The notes under the pieces were generated by a model. That model ran no database searches. It saw nothing but the letters and a program-made list of their open reading frames with translations, and was not told the DNA's origin. From NCBI RefSeq assembly GCF_044324875.1, contig NZ_CP172185.1: 64,000 nt of DNA, one strand, 5' to 3'. Below are positions 22,191-32,358 of this stretch, one piece after another (positions within the stretch are counted from its first letter, which is position 1; each line of letters starts with the position of its first letter). Origin of the DNA: Escherichia coli. Its GTDB lineage: Bacteria > Pseudomonadota > Gammaproteobacteria > Enterobacterales > Enterobacteriaceae. A program made the position numbers and the translations under genes.

Positions 22191-23169
22191 TAATGACCTC
22201 CTGCTGAGGATACCAACAGGCGCAGCGGTGGTTGTTGTCACCATACGCTGTTAGCGCCGGGACGTTTTCACACTGTGCACCTGCCGCATAGCAACGATCG
22301 CGAAAAGCGCAGCCGTCAGGCAAATGGGTGAGGTTTGGTACCGTCCCCGGAATAGCGGGTAATGGCTGGCGCGGTATTCCATGTTCCGGTGCGCATTGCA
22401 GCAAACCAATGGTATACGGATGCCGGGGATGATGGATAACGTCTGCCGTCACGCCGCTCTCAATCACGCTTCCGGCATACATCACGTAAACGCTATCGCA
22501 CAGTTGCGACACCACGGCCATATCATGGCTGATGAACAGTACCGCAGTTCCACTGGCGCGGGCTTTATGTTTAAGCAGACGCAGTACCTGCAACTGTACC
22601 GTGACGTCCAGCGCCGTAGTCGGTTCGTCGGCAATAATCAATTGCGGCTCGCAGGAGAATGCCAGCGCAATCATTACCCGCTGTCGCATACCACCTGAAA
22701 GCTCAAACGGATAGCGCGACATAACTTCCACGGCATCCGGGATTTGCATCTCTTCCAGCAGGGCAATCGCTTTAGCTCTGGCTTCCCGACGACTTTTTGG
22801 TTGATGATGGCGGATCACGTCCATCATCTGAAGACCTATTCGACGTGTCGGATTAAGGGCGGTCATCGGTTCCTGAAAGATCATCGCCACTCGTGCGCCG
22901 CGCCACTGACGAAGCTGTTTTTCCCGAGCGTTAAGAGCATCTTCTCCCAGCAGTGAAATATGTCCCCGATGTACGCAATAACTGCCCGTCGGTAACAGAC
23001 GCATAATCAACATTGCAGTGACTGATTTACCCGAGCCGGATTCTCCCACCAGACCGACAATTTCACCGCGGTTGATTTTCAATGACACATTGTTGAGCGC
23101 GTGAACATCACCGTTAAAACCGGGGAAACTCAAATGCAGTTGTTGAATGTCCAGAACGGGTTGGGTCAT
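22183..23169 (-). CDS. ddpD: D,D-dipeptide ABC transporter ATP-binding protein
   Basis: 328 aa; Walker A GESGSGKSV; overlaps ddpF start and ddpC stop. Confidence 0.92.
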   Translation of the reverse strand: MTQPVLDIQQLHLSFPGFNGDVHALNNVSLKINRGEIVGLVGESGSGKSVTAMLIMRLLPTGSYCVHRGHISLLGEDALNAREKQLRQWRGARVAMIFQEPMTALNPTRRIGLQMMDVIRHHQPKSRREARAKAIALLEEMQIPDAVEVMSRYPFELSGGMRQRVMIALAFSCEPQLIIADEPTTALDVTVQLQVLRLLKHKARASGTAVLFISHDMAVVSQLCDSVYVMYAGSVIESGVTADVIHHPRHPYTIGLLQCAPEHGIPRQPLPAIPGTVPNLTHLPDGCAFRDRCYAAGAQCENVPALTAYGDNNHRCACWYPQQEVISV

Positions 23170-24062
23170 GACTGCTTTCCTCCTGCTTTCGGGTCAAGCA
23201 GATCGCGAATACCATCACCAAAGAGATTAAACCCGACGGCGGTAAGCAAAATCGCTGCCCCCGGAAATGCGCAATACCACCATTGATCGAGCACATAGTT
23301 GCGACCATTCGCCACCATCGCCCCCCATTCAGCACTTGGTTGTTGAGCACCCAGGCCAATAAATCCCAACGTGGCGGCCATTAAAATCGCGCTACCGATA
23401 TCCAGCGATGCCTGCACAATCAGCGGCGGCAGGGAGTTACGTAAAATATGCCAGTTGATCAGATGCCAACGCGACGCACCAAAGGTTTTCGCCGCCTGAA
23501 CATAGGTATACTGGCGAACAAATAATGTTTGCCCCCGCGCCAGGCGCACATAAAAGGGAATTCGCACAATAGCAATCGCCAGCATGGCGTTAAACAAACT
23601 CGGCCCGAGAGCGGCTGCCAGTGCCATTGTCAGCACCAGCGAAGGAATCGACAGCATAATGTCCATGATGCGCATGATAATCGCGTCTGCGCGTCCGCCA
23701 AGCACACCGGATAGACACCCGAGTAGCGACCCCATCATACCTGCAATGGCGACCACCACTAATCCGGCGAGAATTGATTGCTGACTGCCGACCAGTACGC
23801 GGCTAAACAGATCGCGTCCCACTTCATCGGTGCCAAACCAGTGCGCCGCAGAAGGCGGCAAAAGGCGGGCGGTTAAATCAATGGCGTTGGGATCATGCGT
23901 CGCCAGCCACGGTGAAAAAATCATCATCAGTAGCATTAATACAATGATGACTGCGCCGGTCACGGTAAGCGGGCTGCCTTTCAGCATCCATACCAGTTTT
24001 GCACCGTTAAATCGCGTTTGTTTTGGTGGGCGCACGGCTGACGTTTCCTCGCTTAGCATCAT
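23166..24062 (-). CDS. ddpC: D,D-dipeptide ABC transporter permease
   Basis: 298 aa polytopic permease; 4-nt overlaps with neighbours. Confidence 0.92.
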   Translation of the reverse strand: MMLSEETSAVRPPKQTRFNGAKLVWMLKGSPLTVTGAVIIVLMLLMMIFSPWLATHDPNAIDLTARLLPPSAAHWFGTDEVGRDLFSRVLVGSQQSILAGLVVVAIAGMMGSLLGCLSGVLGGRADAIIMRIMDIMLSIPSLVLTMALAAALGPSLFNAMLAIAIVRIPFYVRLARGQTLFVRQYTYVQAAKTFGASRWHLINWHILRNSLPPLIVQASLDIGSAILMAATLGFIGLGAQQPSAEWGAMVANGRNYVLDQWWYCAFPGAAILLTAVGFNLFGDGIRDLLDPKAGGKQS

Positions 24063-25081
24063 TCACCACCTCCACGTCCGATACGCGGATCAATCCACAA
24101 ATAGAGCAAATCCACCACCAGGTTGACCAGCACATAAGCAAACGAAACCACGACGGCAAATCCCATCACCGCAGGGAAGTCGAGCGCCTGTATTGATGTC
24201 ACTACCCATGCCCCCATTCCGGGCCAGGCAAAAACGGTTTCGGTGAGCACTGCGCCATACAACAAATCGCCCAGCGCCAGACCCAATACGGTAATCGAGG
24301 GGATCAACGCATTGGGTAGCGCATAACATAAAACGATATACCAGCCGGGCAAGCCGCTGGCCCGGGCGGTACGAATGTAATCTTCACTCAATTGTTCCAG
24401 CATAGCTGAGCGGATCTGGCGAGCGACAATTCCCAGGTGAACGAACGCCAGCGTTAATGCCGGTAAGATGAGATGTTGCAGCGCATTGAAGAAGACTTCA
24501 CCGTTGCCTTCAAGCAGCGCATCGAGCAGATAAAAGCCGGTAACGTGCGTTGGTGGATCCAGCCAGTCATCAAGCCTTCCGCCGCCGGGAAGAATTTGCA
24601 GATGACCATAAAACAGCACAATGACGCCCAGCCCAAGCCAGAACGCAGGTGTGGAGATTCCGGTAATGGCCATTATTCGCACCAGATGATCCAGCCAGCG
24701 ATTTCGCCAGACTGCAGAGAGTATGCCCAGCGGGATGCCAATCAGGAGTGCCAGCAGCAGGGCACAAAAAGCCAGTTCCAGCGTCGCCGGGAAAAATATA
24801 CGCAACTCTTCCAGCACCGGACGCCCGGTACGAATGGATGTTCCCAGGTCACCCTGAAACAGGTCGCTGACGTAGCGGTAAAACTGTACGTACAGTGGCT
24901 GGTCCAGTCCCAGTTGCTGGCGAATATTATCCACGATAGCATCGCTGGCGCGGTCACCCGCCAGTAACCGCGCCGGATCGCCGGGGATCAGGTGCGAGAT
25001 AATAAACGTTATCACACAGACGCCCGCCACCACGAGCACCAGCCCCCAGCAGCGTTGGCGTAAAATACTCCAGAAGGTCAC
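24059..25081 (-). CDS. ddpB: D,D-dipeptide ABC transporter permease
   Basis: 340 aa permease (DppB-like). Confidence 0.92.
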   Translation of the reverse strand: MTFWSILRQRCWGLVLVVAGVCVITFIISHLIPGDPARLLAGDRASDAIVDNIRQQLGLDQPLYVQFYRYVSDLFQGDLGTSIRTGRPVLEELRIFFPATLELAFCALLLALLIGIPLGILSAVWRNRWLDHLVRIMAITGISTPAFWLGLGVIVLFYGHLQILPGGGRLDDWLDPPTHVTGFYLLDALLEGNGEVFFNALQHLILPALTLAFVHLGIVARQIRSAMLEQLSEDYIRTARASGLPGWYIVLCYALPNALIPSITVLGLALGDLLYGAVLTETVFAWPGMGAWVVTSIQALDFPAVMGFAVVVSFAYVLVNLVVDLLYLWIDPRIGRGGGE

Positions 25082-25082
25082 G

Positions 25083-26633
25083 TTATTTACTCATGGTATT
25101 GATATTGAAGACCTGTTCCAGCATGGGATTGAACACAAAACCTTTCACCTCTTTGTTCATCGCCAGTTGGTAGTTTTTCTGGAACAGGTACACATAAGCA
25201 GCGTCATCAATGACGATTTTCTGTGCCTGCTGGTAGTCCCGAGTACGCTGCGTCTGGTCGGTGGTCGCTAGCGCATTGCGCAGTAACTTATCGACCTCAC
25301 TGTTTTCATAGAACGAGCGGTTACCCGGCAGACCTTTTTTGTCTGACTCAAACCAGTAATTCATAAACATATACGGGTCGGCAAAATCCGGACTCCAGTT
25401 GCCAATCGCAATGTCATAATCACCTTTTCCCACTCTGTCGCGCATGGTGGCGTTCGCCAGCTTTTCCAGCTTCACGTTGATGCCCAGCTTGTTGAGACTG
25501 GATTGTGTCGCCAGAGCAATAGGCTCCCAGTTCGGATCATTATCAGAATAGAGAAACGTCAGGCTGGTGGGTTTGCTCGTCACTTTATCCCATTCGGCTT
25601 TGGCTTTCGTTTCGTCATGGTTGTATTGCATTGCCGTCGCATCGTATCCCCACATGCCTTCCGGAATCGGGCCGCGCATTTGTTTTCCGTTACCACTCAG
25701 AATGCCGTTAACCATACCCTGATAATCGGTAGACCAGGAAATGGCCCGACGCAGATCCGCCTGATTAAGTGGCGCTTTGCTGTTATTCAGATACAGATAG
25801 GTGACGCGCAGTGACGGATACTCTGCCACATTGACTTTGTTTTCCTGCTTCAGTGCGTTGAGTTGATCCACCGGCAGCGCATCGGCAATGTCAATGTCGC
25901 CACGGGAGAGCTGCAGGCGACGGGAAGCACTTTCACCGATAATTTTTACCGATACCCGTTTGAAATTCGGTTTATTGCCGGGGTAATGCGGATTTGGCAC
26001 CAGAACTAATTGCTGACCTTTTTGCCAGCTTTTCAGCATAAACGGTCCGGAGCCAGCGGTATTTTGCGCGAGGAAACCACGTGCATCATCCGCCGCATGC
26101 TCCTTTAAGACCGCCGGATTGATAATGGATGCACCGTCATTCGCCAGCGTGTAGAGGAACGGTGCGAATGGCTGGCTAAGGGTAAACCTCACTGTATGTT
26201 CGTCGGGAGCATCAATCTTTAAATCTTTGGGAAATGCTTCTGCTGGCCCCTGGCCGATTTTTAGTAACCGCTCAAAAGAGAGTTTTACTGCTTCGGCAGT
26301 GACAGGAGTGCCATCGGCAAATTTAGCATTATCCTTCAGGGTGAATGTCCACTCTTTTTGATCGTCAGACGCTTTCCAGCTACTCGCCAGATCGCCTTCA
26401 ACGTCGGTTGAGCCTTTATCACCGTCCGTTTTGTACTGAACCAGTCGCTGATAAGACGGGTAGGTCACTGTCCAGTCGTTATTATCAATTGTCACCGCTG
26501 GGTCGAGGGTTTGTGGGTCGGCAGCTTTACCGATCACCAGCATATCTTTCGGTACGGCGGCGTGCGCAACCGGCATTGTTGTGGCAAGGACGATCGCGAG
26601 CAATGTAGGACGAAACAAAATCGATCTCTTCAT
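25083..26633 (-). CDS. ddpA: D,D-dipeptide periplasmic binding protein
   Basis: ORF 25083-26768; start set at ATG 26633 (MKRSILFRPTLLAIVLATTMPVAHA, signal peptide) with AGGA ribosome-binding site. Confidence 0.9.
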   Translation of the reverse strand: MKRSILFRPTLLAIVLATTMPVAHAAVPKDMLVIGKAADPQTLDPAVTIDNNDWTVTYPSYQRLVQYKTDGDKGSTDVEGDLASSWKASDDQKEWTFTLKDNAKFADGTPVTAEAVKLSFERLLKIGQGPAEAFPKDLKIDAPDEHTVRFTLSQPFAPFLYTLANDGASIINPAVLKEHAADDARGFLAQNTAGSGPFMLKSWQKGQQLVLVPNPHYPGNKPNFKRVSVKIIGESASRRLQLSRGDIDIADALPVDQLNALKQENKVNVAEYPSLRVTYLYLNNSKAPLNQADLRRAISWSTDYQGMVNGILSGNGKQMRGPIPEGMWGYDATAMQYNHDETKAKAEWDKVTSKPTSLTFLYSDNDPNWEPIALATQSSLNKLGINVKLEKLANATMRDRVGKGDYDIAIGNWSPDFADPYMFMNYWFESDKKGLPGNRSFYENSEVDKLLRNALATTDQTQRTRDYQQAQKIVIDDAAYVYLFQKNYQLAMNKEVKGFVFNPMLEQVFNINTMSK

Positions 26634-26646
26634 GACAGTTTCCTGA

Positions 26647-27228
26647 TTAACTGGCGTGCTGTGTGCCAGGGGATATAAAACAGGTGAATTGATCAGCGAG
26701 TAGTGGGTAACTCGCTGCCTGGGGTAATTCGAAGTGCCACCATTCGCTCGGGATACCGACAAAGCCACCGCCAGTCATAATCGCATTCAGCAACAGCCGA
26801 TTGCGCTGAGCGGCGGGCGGGACGGAAGGGTGATAAGCATGGGAACGTTCGTGCATTTCATCGAACTCTGCACCCATATCCAGGATGTTCCCGTGCTCAT
26901 CACGAAGCGTCAGGTCGATCGCCGTGCCACGGCTGTGATTAGAACCGACCGTCACATCAACAACATATTGCGGGTCTGGGCAGGTTTGCCACAACATCGC
27001 CTGTGCTTGTTGTGGGCGATACGCATCGTAAATCACCAGTTGTAAGCCTGACAGCTGGGCGATACTGATACTTTTCGCCAGCGCAGTAATCGCATCCTTG
27101 TGTAACAGACAACGCGCTTGCTGATAAATAGCTTTGCCTGTGATGTTATCAGCGCAGGCGTATTTCAGTTCGATCTCCAGATCAGGGAAGATCACGGCTA
27201 AATCAACCAGTTCGGTGGTATCCGACAT
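26647..27228 (-). CDS. ddpX: D-Ala-D-Ala dipeptidase (VanX homologue)
   Basis: 193 aa; sequence matches DdpX including the SNHSRGTAIDLT zinc-binding region. Confidence 0.93.
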   Translation of the reverse strand: MSDTTELVDLAVIFPDLEIELKYACADNITGKAIYQQARCLLHKDAITALAKSISIAQLSGLQLVIYDAYRPQQAQAMLWQTCPDPQYVVDVTVGSNHSRGTAIDLTLRDEHGNILDMGAEFDEMHERSHAYHPSVPPAAQRNRLLLNAIMTGGGFVGIPSEWWHFELPQAASYPLLADQFTCFISPGTQHAS

Positions 27229-27451
27229 AAACGGTTCCTGTATAAGACAAAAATTGCTGCGCTTTCCGCTTATGCAGATCTCATGCCATGCCGGGATAAG
27301 CGCCAGAATGCTGGCTTAAAGTTATATTTTTTAACTTTTGATCAACATTTGTGCAGCGTAGTGCAGTTTTGGTGCAAGAGGGGAAGTTAAGGAAGGAATC
27401 TCCCGGAATCGTAGCTGAAATCACAGTATTTAAGTGACAGTGTCACTTTAA

Positions 27452-27475
27452 AGGAAAACCCGCGAGTGCGGGCGA
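27452..27475 (-). terminator. Rho-independent terminator downstream of the dosCP-derived gene
   Basis: Minus-strand hairpin CCCGCACTCGCGGG followed by TTTTCC, about 12 nt past the stop codon. Confidence 0.6.
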
Positions 27476-27485
27476 GAGGAATTTG

Positions 27486-30400
27486 TCAGATTTTCAGCGG
27501 TAACACACTGCTCATCCAGCCTGGAATTTCTTCGGCGGGCAGGGGGCGGGAAAAGAAATATCCCTGAATAACGCGACAGTGGATCTTGCGTAGCATCTCA
27601 AATTGCTCTTTGGTTTCGACGCCTTCCGCCACGACGGTTAAATTAAGGCTTTGCCCAATGCTGGTAATGGCTTCAAGTAAGGCAAGGATGCGTTTTTCGG
27701 TCAGACAACGATCGACAAAACTTTTGTCAATTTTGATTTCCGTTACCGGAAGACTGACTAAGCGGGATAATCCGGAAAAGCCCGTGCCAAAATCATCTAC
27801 CGATAAACCCACGCCCATATCGCGCAGGATCTGAATGCGCTTAAAGATTTCGGTATCGTGTTCCATCATCATGCTTTCCGTGATTTCCACCGTCAGCTGG
27901 TGGCCGTCAATACCCCAGGCGTGCATTGCATCAGACACCTGATTAGGCAGTTGATTACTGCGAAAGTGCAGCGCCGACAAGTTAACGGATAACGCCGGGA
28001 TATGAATATTCTGGCTACGCCATTCTGCTAACTGACGGCAAGCTTCCGCGATGACCCAGCGCCCAATATTTTCGATTTCACCGATCTCTTCTGCGAGAGG
28101 AATAAACCGTGAAGGGGGCACATGACCATGCAGGGGATCGTGCCAGCGAGCAAGGGCTTCGATGCCGTACAGTTCACCCGTTTCTGCGAAGATTTGCGGC
28201 TGGTAAACCAGTTTCAGTTGGTTATTGCTAATTGCTTCTTTCAGCGCCGCGCCTAAAACCAAACGCTCTTTTACCATTTCGTTCATCGCCGGGCTGAAGA
28301 ACTGCCAGCCGTTACCGCCATTTTTGCGAATAAAATCCATTGCATTGTGAGCAGTGGAGAGCAGGTAATCGCGGTTTTTACCCACGTCGTAGCTGATGCC
28401 AATGCTCAAGGTGAGCGGGAATGGCTTATCGTCAATCATTATCGGCTTGCTGACCACATTCCGTAGCTCATCGGCGATTTGCGTAATGTTACTGACGTCG
28501 TTTTCCAGGCTCACGAGGACAAACTGCGTACCTTCGATACGACAGAGATATTGATCCGGTTTGAGTTTTTCACGAAAGCGATTGACCACTTCCAGCAATG
28601 CCTGATCGGCCCACGCATAGCCAAGGCTATCAATCACATCCTGAATATGGTCAACACTGATGAGATAGACCACCGGAGAGACGGCTTTGTCGACCAGGTC
28701 ATCGAGGTAATTGTGCAGGTTATTGCGATTTGGCAGACCGGTCATCGGATCAAATTGGATGAGTTGTTCAATATGCTGACGGCTTTTTTCCTGTTCCAGC
28801 GCCAGCGCGGCCATATGCTGGCTGATATCTGCCACGCGTTCGATAAAGGCGCTGGTTTCTGCTCCTGACGAGGTTTTAATTTGCAGGATCCCCGCAGGCG
28901 CACCATCACGCTGACGAATGGTCGCTGACCAGCTTTGCGCATTTTGAACTTCTGCACCGTGCGAAGATGACGCCCAGTGTATCGGCATCCCGTTGCGCAG
29001 CGCGAACAGCGAAACATGCGATTCGTTGAGTACAGATTCGATGTTACGACAAATGATTTCCCCCATTTCATGAAATGGCGGGCTGCTGCACATGGCGGCG
29101 AGAATATTGCCTTCAAGCTGGCGGATTTGCCGTTCTTCGGTGATATCCGAGAAGGTCATTACCAGGTTCTGCAGATGCGCGAGCACGTCATAAACCGGGC
29201 TGATAGAGGCTTTAATCCAGATTTTTTCACCGGTGCGCGTCAATAGCAGAAATTCGTCCTGATCGCGGGCGGTTTTCCAAAGCAACTGTTGTAAACGAAT
29301 GCGGTTATCGGCAGGGAATTCAGGAATGTTCAGGAGTGAATCGGGCTGCATACCGCTGGCTTCGCTAATGCAGTAACCAAACATTTCGGTAAATGCGCGA
29401 TTGCACTGCACAATATGGCGTTCCGGATCGAGGACAATCACCGGTCGGTCGAGATGGTCAACGGCAATAATCAATTGTCGGGTCTGTTCTTTTTGCGCCA
29501 TTTCTACGCTGGCATCCCGTACCAGCGCCAGGTAATAAATTTTACCCTCGGCGCTCACTTTCGATAGCGCAAAACGGGTCCAGATTTTACTGCCGTCTTT
29601 TTTCTCCAGCTGCAGCTCCCGACTCATCCCCTCGACGCGCGCTTTACCGCCTTCACGGTTGTGACGGATGTATTCAGGATGCGCGGGACGCAAATCCCGT
29701 GGAATCAGCATATCAATGTTATTGCCAATGACTTCTTCACGTTTGTACCCCCAGAGCTTCTCTGCGGCGGGGTTGAAAAACATCACTTCATCATTTTCGT
29801 TAATTAACACCGCGCCCATCATATGGCCCACTTCGGCTATGCCGCTAAAATAATGTCGACCTTTATGGTTAAACCACAGGCCAAAATCAGCCTGGCTTAA
29901 AGGCAAACTACTGCCTAAATCAGAATCCAGCAGGACTTTATAGATAATATCTATTTCCCATGAAAGTAATGAGGCTATTTGCCGTTCTTTTTCTTCTTCG
30001 GCATTTTCCAGTAACGAGAAGATACGATAGTTTTCATCTTCCTTTGAGGCACTACTGTCACTAAAGGTAAACGCGCGGGTCATCACTTCCATAGCGATAT
30101 CAATACTGTTAATAGAGAAATGGTAGACCTGAAGTTTTTCTGCGGCGGAATAATCCGAAGAGAAGATGACTGGATAGAGGATTTTTTTCAGCACCCGAAA
30201 CCCCATCTCGACAATTTCTACCGGAATTCCTATGCGGGCATGCACTTCCGCGACGGTATGCTGGATTTGTATTAGCCTTTCGACATCGTCAACCTGGGCA
30301 GAAAGCACGTTAATAATCCAGCGTTCCATCGCACTTTTCAACTGCCGCTCAACTTGTTCATTACTCAAGAATTCTTCGGCATGCGGGTCGATACGGACAA

Positions 30401-30533
30401 TTCGGTAAAACTCAATACTCAGATAATGGGCATGCGCAACGGCAATTTCCGCGGCTTTAGCACGAATGAGCGGATCTGCTTGTTCGACAAGCCCGGTCCA
30501 CTCATCTTTCATTCTTTTAAAATACATCTCCAT
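27486..30533 (-). CDS. dosP: In-frame fusion: DosC globin-sensor N-terminus (about 237 aa) joined to DosP (PAS-PAS-degenerate GGDEF-EAL phosphodiesterase) from about its residue 22
   Basis: Single uninterrupted 1015-codon ORF; N-terminus MEMYFKRMKDEWTGLVEQADPLIRAKAAEIAVAHAHYLSIEFY is the DosC globin domain; from ...GIAEVGH|MMGAVLINENDEVMFFNPAAEKLWGYKREEV the sequence is DosP through its C-terminus; no RYGGDEF motif (DosC cyclase) anywhere in the window. Confidence 0.85.
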   Translation of the reverse strand: MEMYFKRMKDEWTGLVEQADPLIRAKAAEIAVAHAHYLSIEFYRIVRIDPHAEEFLSNEQVERQLKSAMERWIINVLSAQVDDVERLIQIQHTVAEVHARIGIPVEIVEMGFRVLKKILYPVIFSSDYSAAEKLQVYHFSINSIDIAMEVMTRAFTFSDSSASKEDENYRIFSLLENAEEEKERQIASLLSWEIDIIYKVLLDSDLGSSLPLSQADFGLWFNHKGRHYFSGIAEVGHMMGAVLINENDEVMFFNPAAEKLWGYKREEVIGNNIDMLIPRDLRPAHPEYIRHNREGGKARVEGMSRELQLEKKDGSKIWTRFALSKVSAEGKIYYLALVRDASVEMAQKEQTRQLIIAVDHLDRPVIVLDPERHIVQCNRAFTEMFGYCISEASGMQPDSLLNIPEFPADNRIRLQQLLWKTARDQDEFLLLTRTGEKIWIKASISPVYDVLAHLQNLVMTFSDITEERQIRQLEGNILAAMCSSPPFHEMGEIICRNIESVLNESHVSLFALRNGMPIHWASSSHGAEVQNAQSWSATIRQRDGAPAGILQIKTSSGAETSAFIERVADISQHMAALALEQEKSRQHIEQLIQFDPMTGLPNRNNLHNYLDDLVDKAVSPVVYLISVDHIQDVIDSLGYAWADQALLEVVNRFREKLKPDQYLCRIEGTQFVLVSLENDVSNITQIADELRNVVSKPIMIDDKPFPLTLSIGISYDVGKNRDYLLSTAHNAMDFIRKNGGNGWQFFSPAMNEMVKERLVLGAALKEAISNNQLKLVYQPQIFAETGELYGIEALARWHDPLHGHVPPSRFIPLAEEIGEIENIGRWVIAEACRQLAEWRSQNIHIPALSVNLSALHFRSNQLPNQVSDAMHAWGIDGHQLTVEITESMMMEHDTEIFKRIQILRDMGVGLSVDDFGTGFSGLSRLVSLPVTEIKIDKSFVDRCLTEKRILALLEAITSIGQSLNLTVVAEGVETKEQFEMLRKIHCRVIQGYFFSRPLPAEEIPGWMSSVLPLKI

Positions 30534-30908
30534 AATTCACACCCTTATAAGGCTGGGAAAGCAGACGGAATCAAAACGAAACGCAACGTGCGAGGTCGAC
30601 TAACTGCACCATATTCTCCTGAAATATGAAGATATACTGAAAACAAATAAGCGACTTAGGACAGTTTCAATCTACGCTACTGTTCTTCAGAAGAGTATAG
30701 CCCATCGTAATTATTTTTCGGTGACAGCGAATATCGTATGTTTTTTCATATTCATACATTTTTATTAGGGGATTTATGACTGTTTAACTAAGTGTGGTTA
30801 ATTGCGTAGTTAATTTGACTTAAGTAAGCATGATTACTAGTGGGATATTTCAAGAGGGTAACAAGCCGGGGGAAAAGCACCGGCTTGTTACAAAGTAAGA
30901 ATGGGAGT

Positions 30909-32228
30909 TTAACTGCCCCAACGACTTTGCAGATAGCTGACCGCTTGTTGAGTCTGTGGCTTATTCAGATAGTCCTCACGGAACAAGATTGTGCCGCTAA
31001 TTTCTGGCACGGCATCGTTAAGATCGAGCTGCTTTTTCAGTTCCGGTACGCCGCCGTTAATCATCCAGTCTGGCTCTATTTTTGAAGGTTCACCCACTTT
31101 ATAGAAGGCGATACCGATATACAGGCGGGTCCTGGTCGGTTTAACGACATCCGCCCACCATTTTGCCAAAACGTCATAACGTGCGGCACTCCGTGAGAAC
31201 GGCCAGTAAATTTGGGGAGCAATGTAATCCAGCAATCCTTGTTCCACCCATCGACGGGTGTCAGCGTAGGATTCGTCATAGGCTGCCGCGCCTCGGGTAT
31301 CGGAACCGAGCGGATCGTGTGATCGGTTACGCCACACGCCTGCCGGGCTAACGCCAAATTCGACTTCCGGCTTAATGCTTTTAATGGTGTGCGATACCTT
31401 CGCAATTAACTGCTGAGTATTGTTGCGCCGCCAGTCTGCTTTTGACGCAAATGCGCCTCCGTATTTGCGGTACGTTTCGTTATCATTTAGCCGTGAACCC
31501 GGTGACTCAGTATAGAAATAGTCGTCAAACTGCACGCCATCTACCGGATAGCGGGAAACCACTTCCGCGACTATTGATGTGATCCAGTCCTGAACTTCAG
31601 GGATGCCCGGGTCGAGGACAAAGCGATCGCCGGACGTTCTGATCCAGTCGCGGTGTTGCACATAGACGCTCGCTGGTTGTTGAGCCAGAGTGCTATTCAG
31701 TTCCCTGATAGTACCGGGCTTCGTATTAACCGATACGCGATAGGGGTTAAACCATGCGTGTACTTTCATCCCACGCTTGTGGGCTTCGTCGAGCATGAAT
31801 TGCAGCGGATCGTAACCTGGATTTTCACCAATCTTTCCGGTCATAAGATCGGACCACGGCAAAATTTTTGATGGCCACAGGGCGGTACCGTCCGGCTTGA
31901 CCTGGAAAAAGACCGTGTTTATGCCGAGACGTTGCAGATGATCCAGTTTGTCGATCATCGCCTGTTGTTGTACACGGGCCCGGCTGGTGGGGTTACTAAT
32001 GTTAACCGAGGAAACCGGTGGCCAGTCGAGGCGAGACACCGTGGCCAGCCAGATGCCACGCATCGGTTGTGACGATTGTTGCGTCGTGGCTGGTGGCTTT
32101 GAACCCGCTGGTGGTGTCACCATGGACTCTGGAGGCGTGTTTTTACAACTACACAGTAAAAGTGCCAGTGCAACCAGTATCGCTGGTCTTCTAATCGCTA
32201 ATTTCTCGTTTCGGGAGCAGATATCCAT
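30909..32228 (-). CDS. yddW: Lipoprotein YddW (family-10-like glycoside hydrolase fold, DUF4015)
   Basis: 439 aa; lipobox LLLCSC near the N-terminus. Confidence 0.88.
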   Translation of the reverse strand: MDICSRNEKLAIRRPAILVALALLLCSCKNTPPESMVTPPAGSKPPATTQQSSQPMRGIWLATVSRLDWPPVSSVNISNPTSRARVQQQAMIDKLDHLQRLGINTVFFQVKPDGTALWPSKILPWSDLMTGKIGENPGYDPLQFMLDEAHKRGMKVHAWFNPYRVSVNTKPGTIRELNSTLAQQPASVYVQHRDWIRTSGDRFVLDPGIPEVQDWITSIVAEVVSRYPVDGVQFDDYFYTESPGSRLNDNETYRKYGGAFASKADWRRNNTQQLIAKVSHTIKSIKPEVEFGVSPAGVWRNRSHDPLGSDTRGAAAYDESYADTRRWVEQGLLDYIAPQIYWPFSRSAARYDVLAKWWADVVKPTRTRLYIGIAFYKVGEPSKIEPDWMINGGVPELKKQLDLNDAVPEISGTILFREDYLNKPQTQQAVSYLQSRWGS

Positions 32229-32358
32229 ATGTGCTGGTTTCCGGTAAACAGATGTGCGCTCATTCTCGTACTTATCCCGGTTAAGTCAATACGACAGCAA
32301 GCACGAAAAAGGGAGCGATGAATTATCGCTCCCTTATCTTATAACCATTCAGACATGG

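Noticed and set aside
27486-30533. Possibility that a separate dosC gene sits upstream of dosP
   Set aside because: Looked for a GGDEF-containing DosC C-terminus and a separate dosP start; neither is present, and the ORF is continuous, so it is annotated as a fusion.
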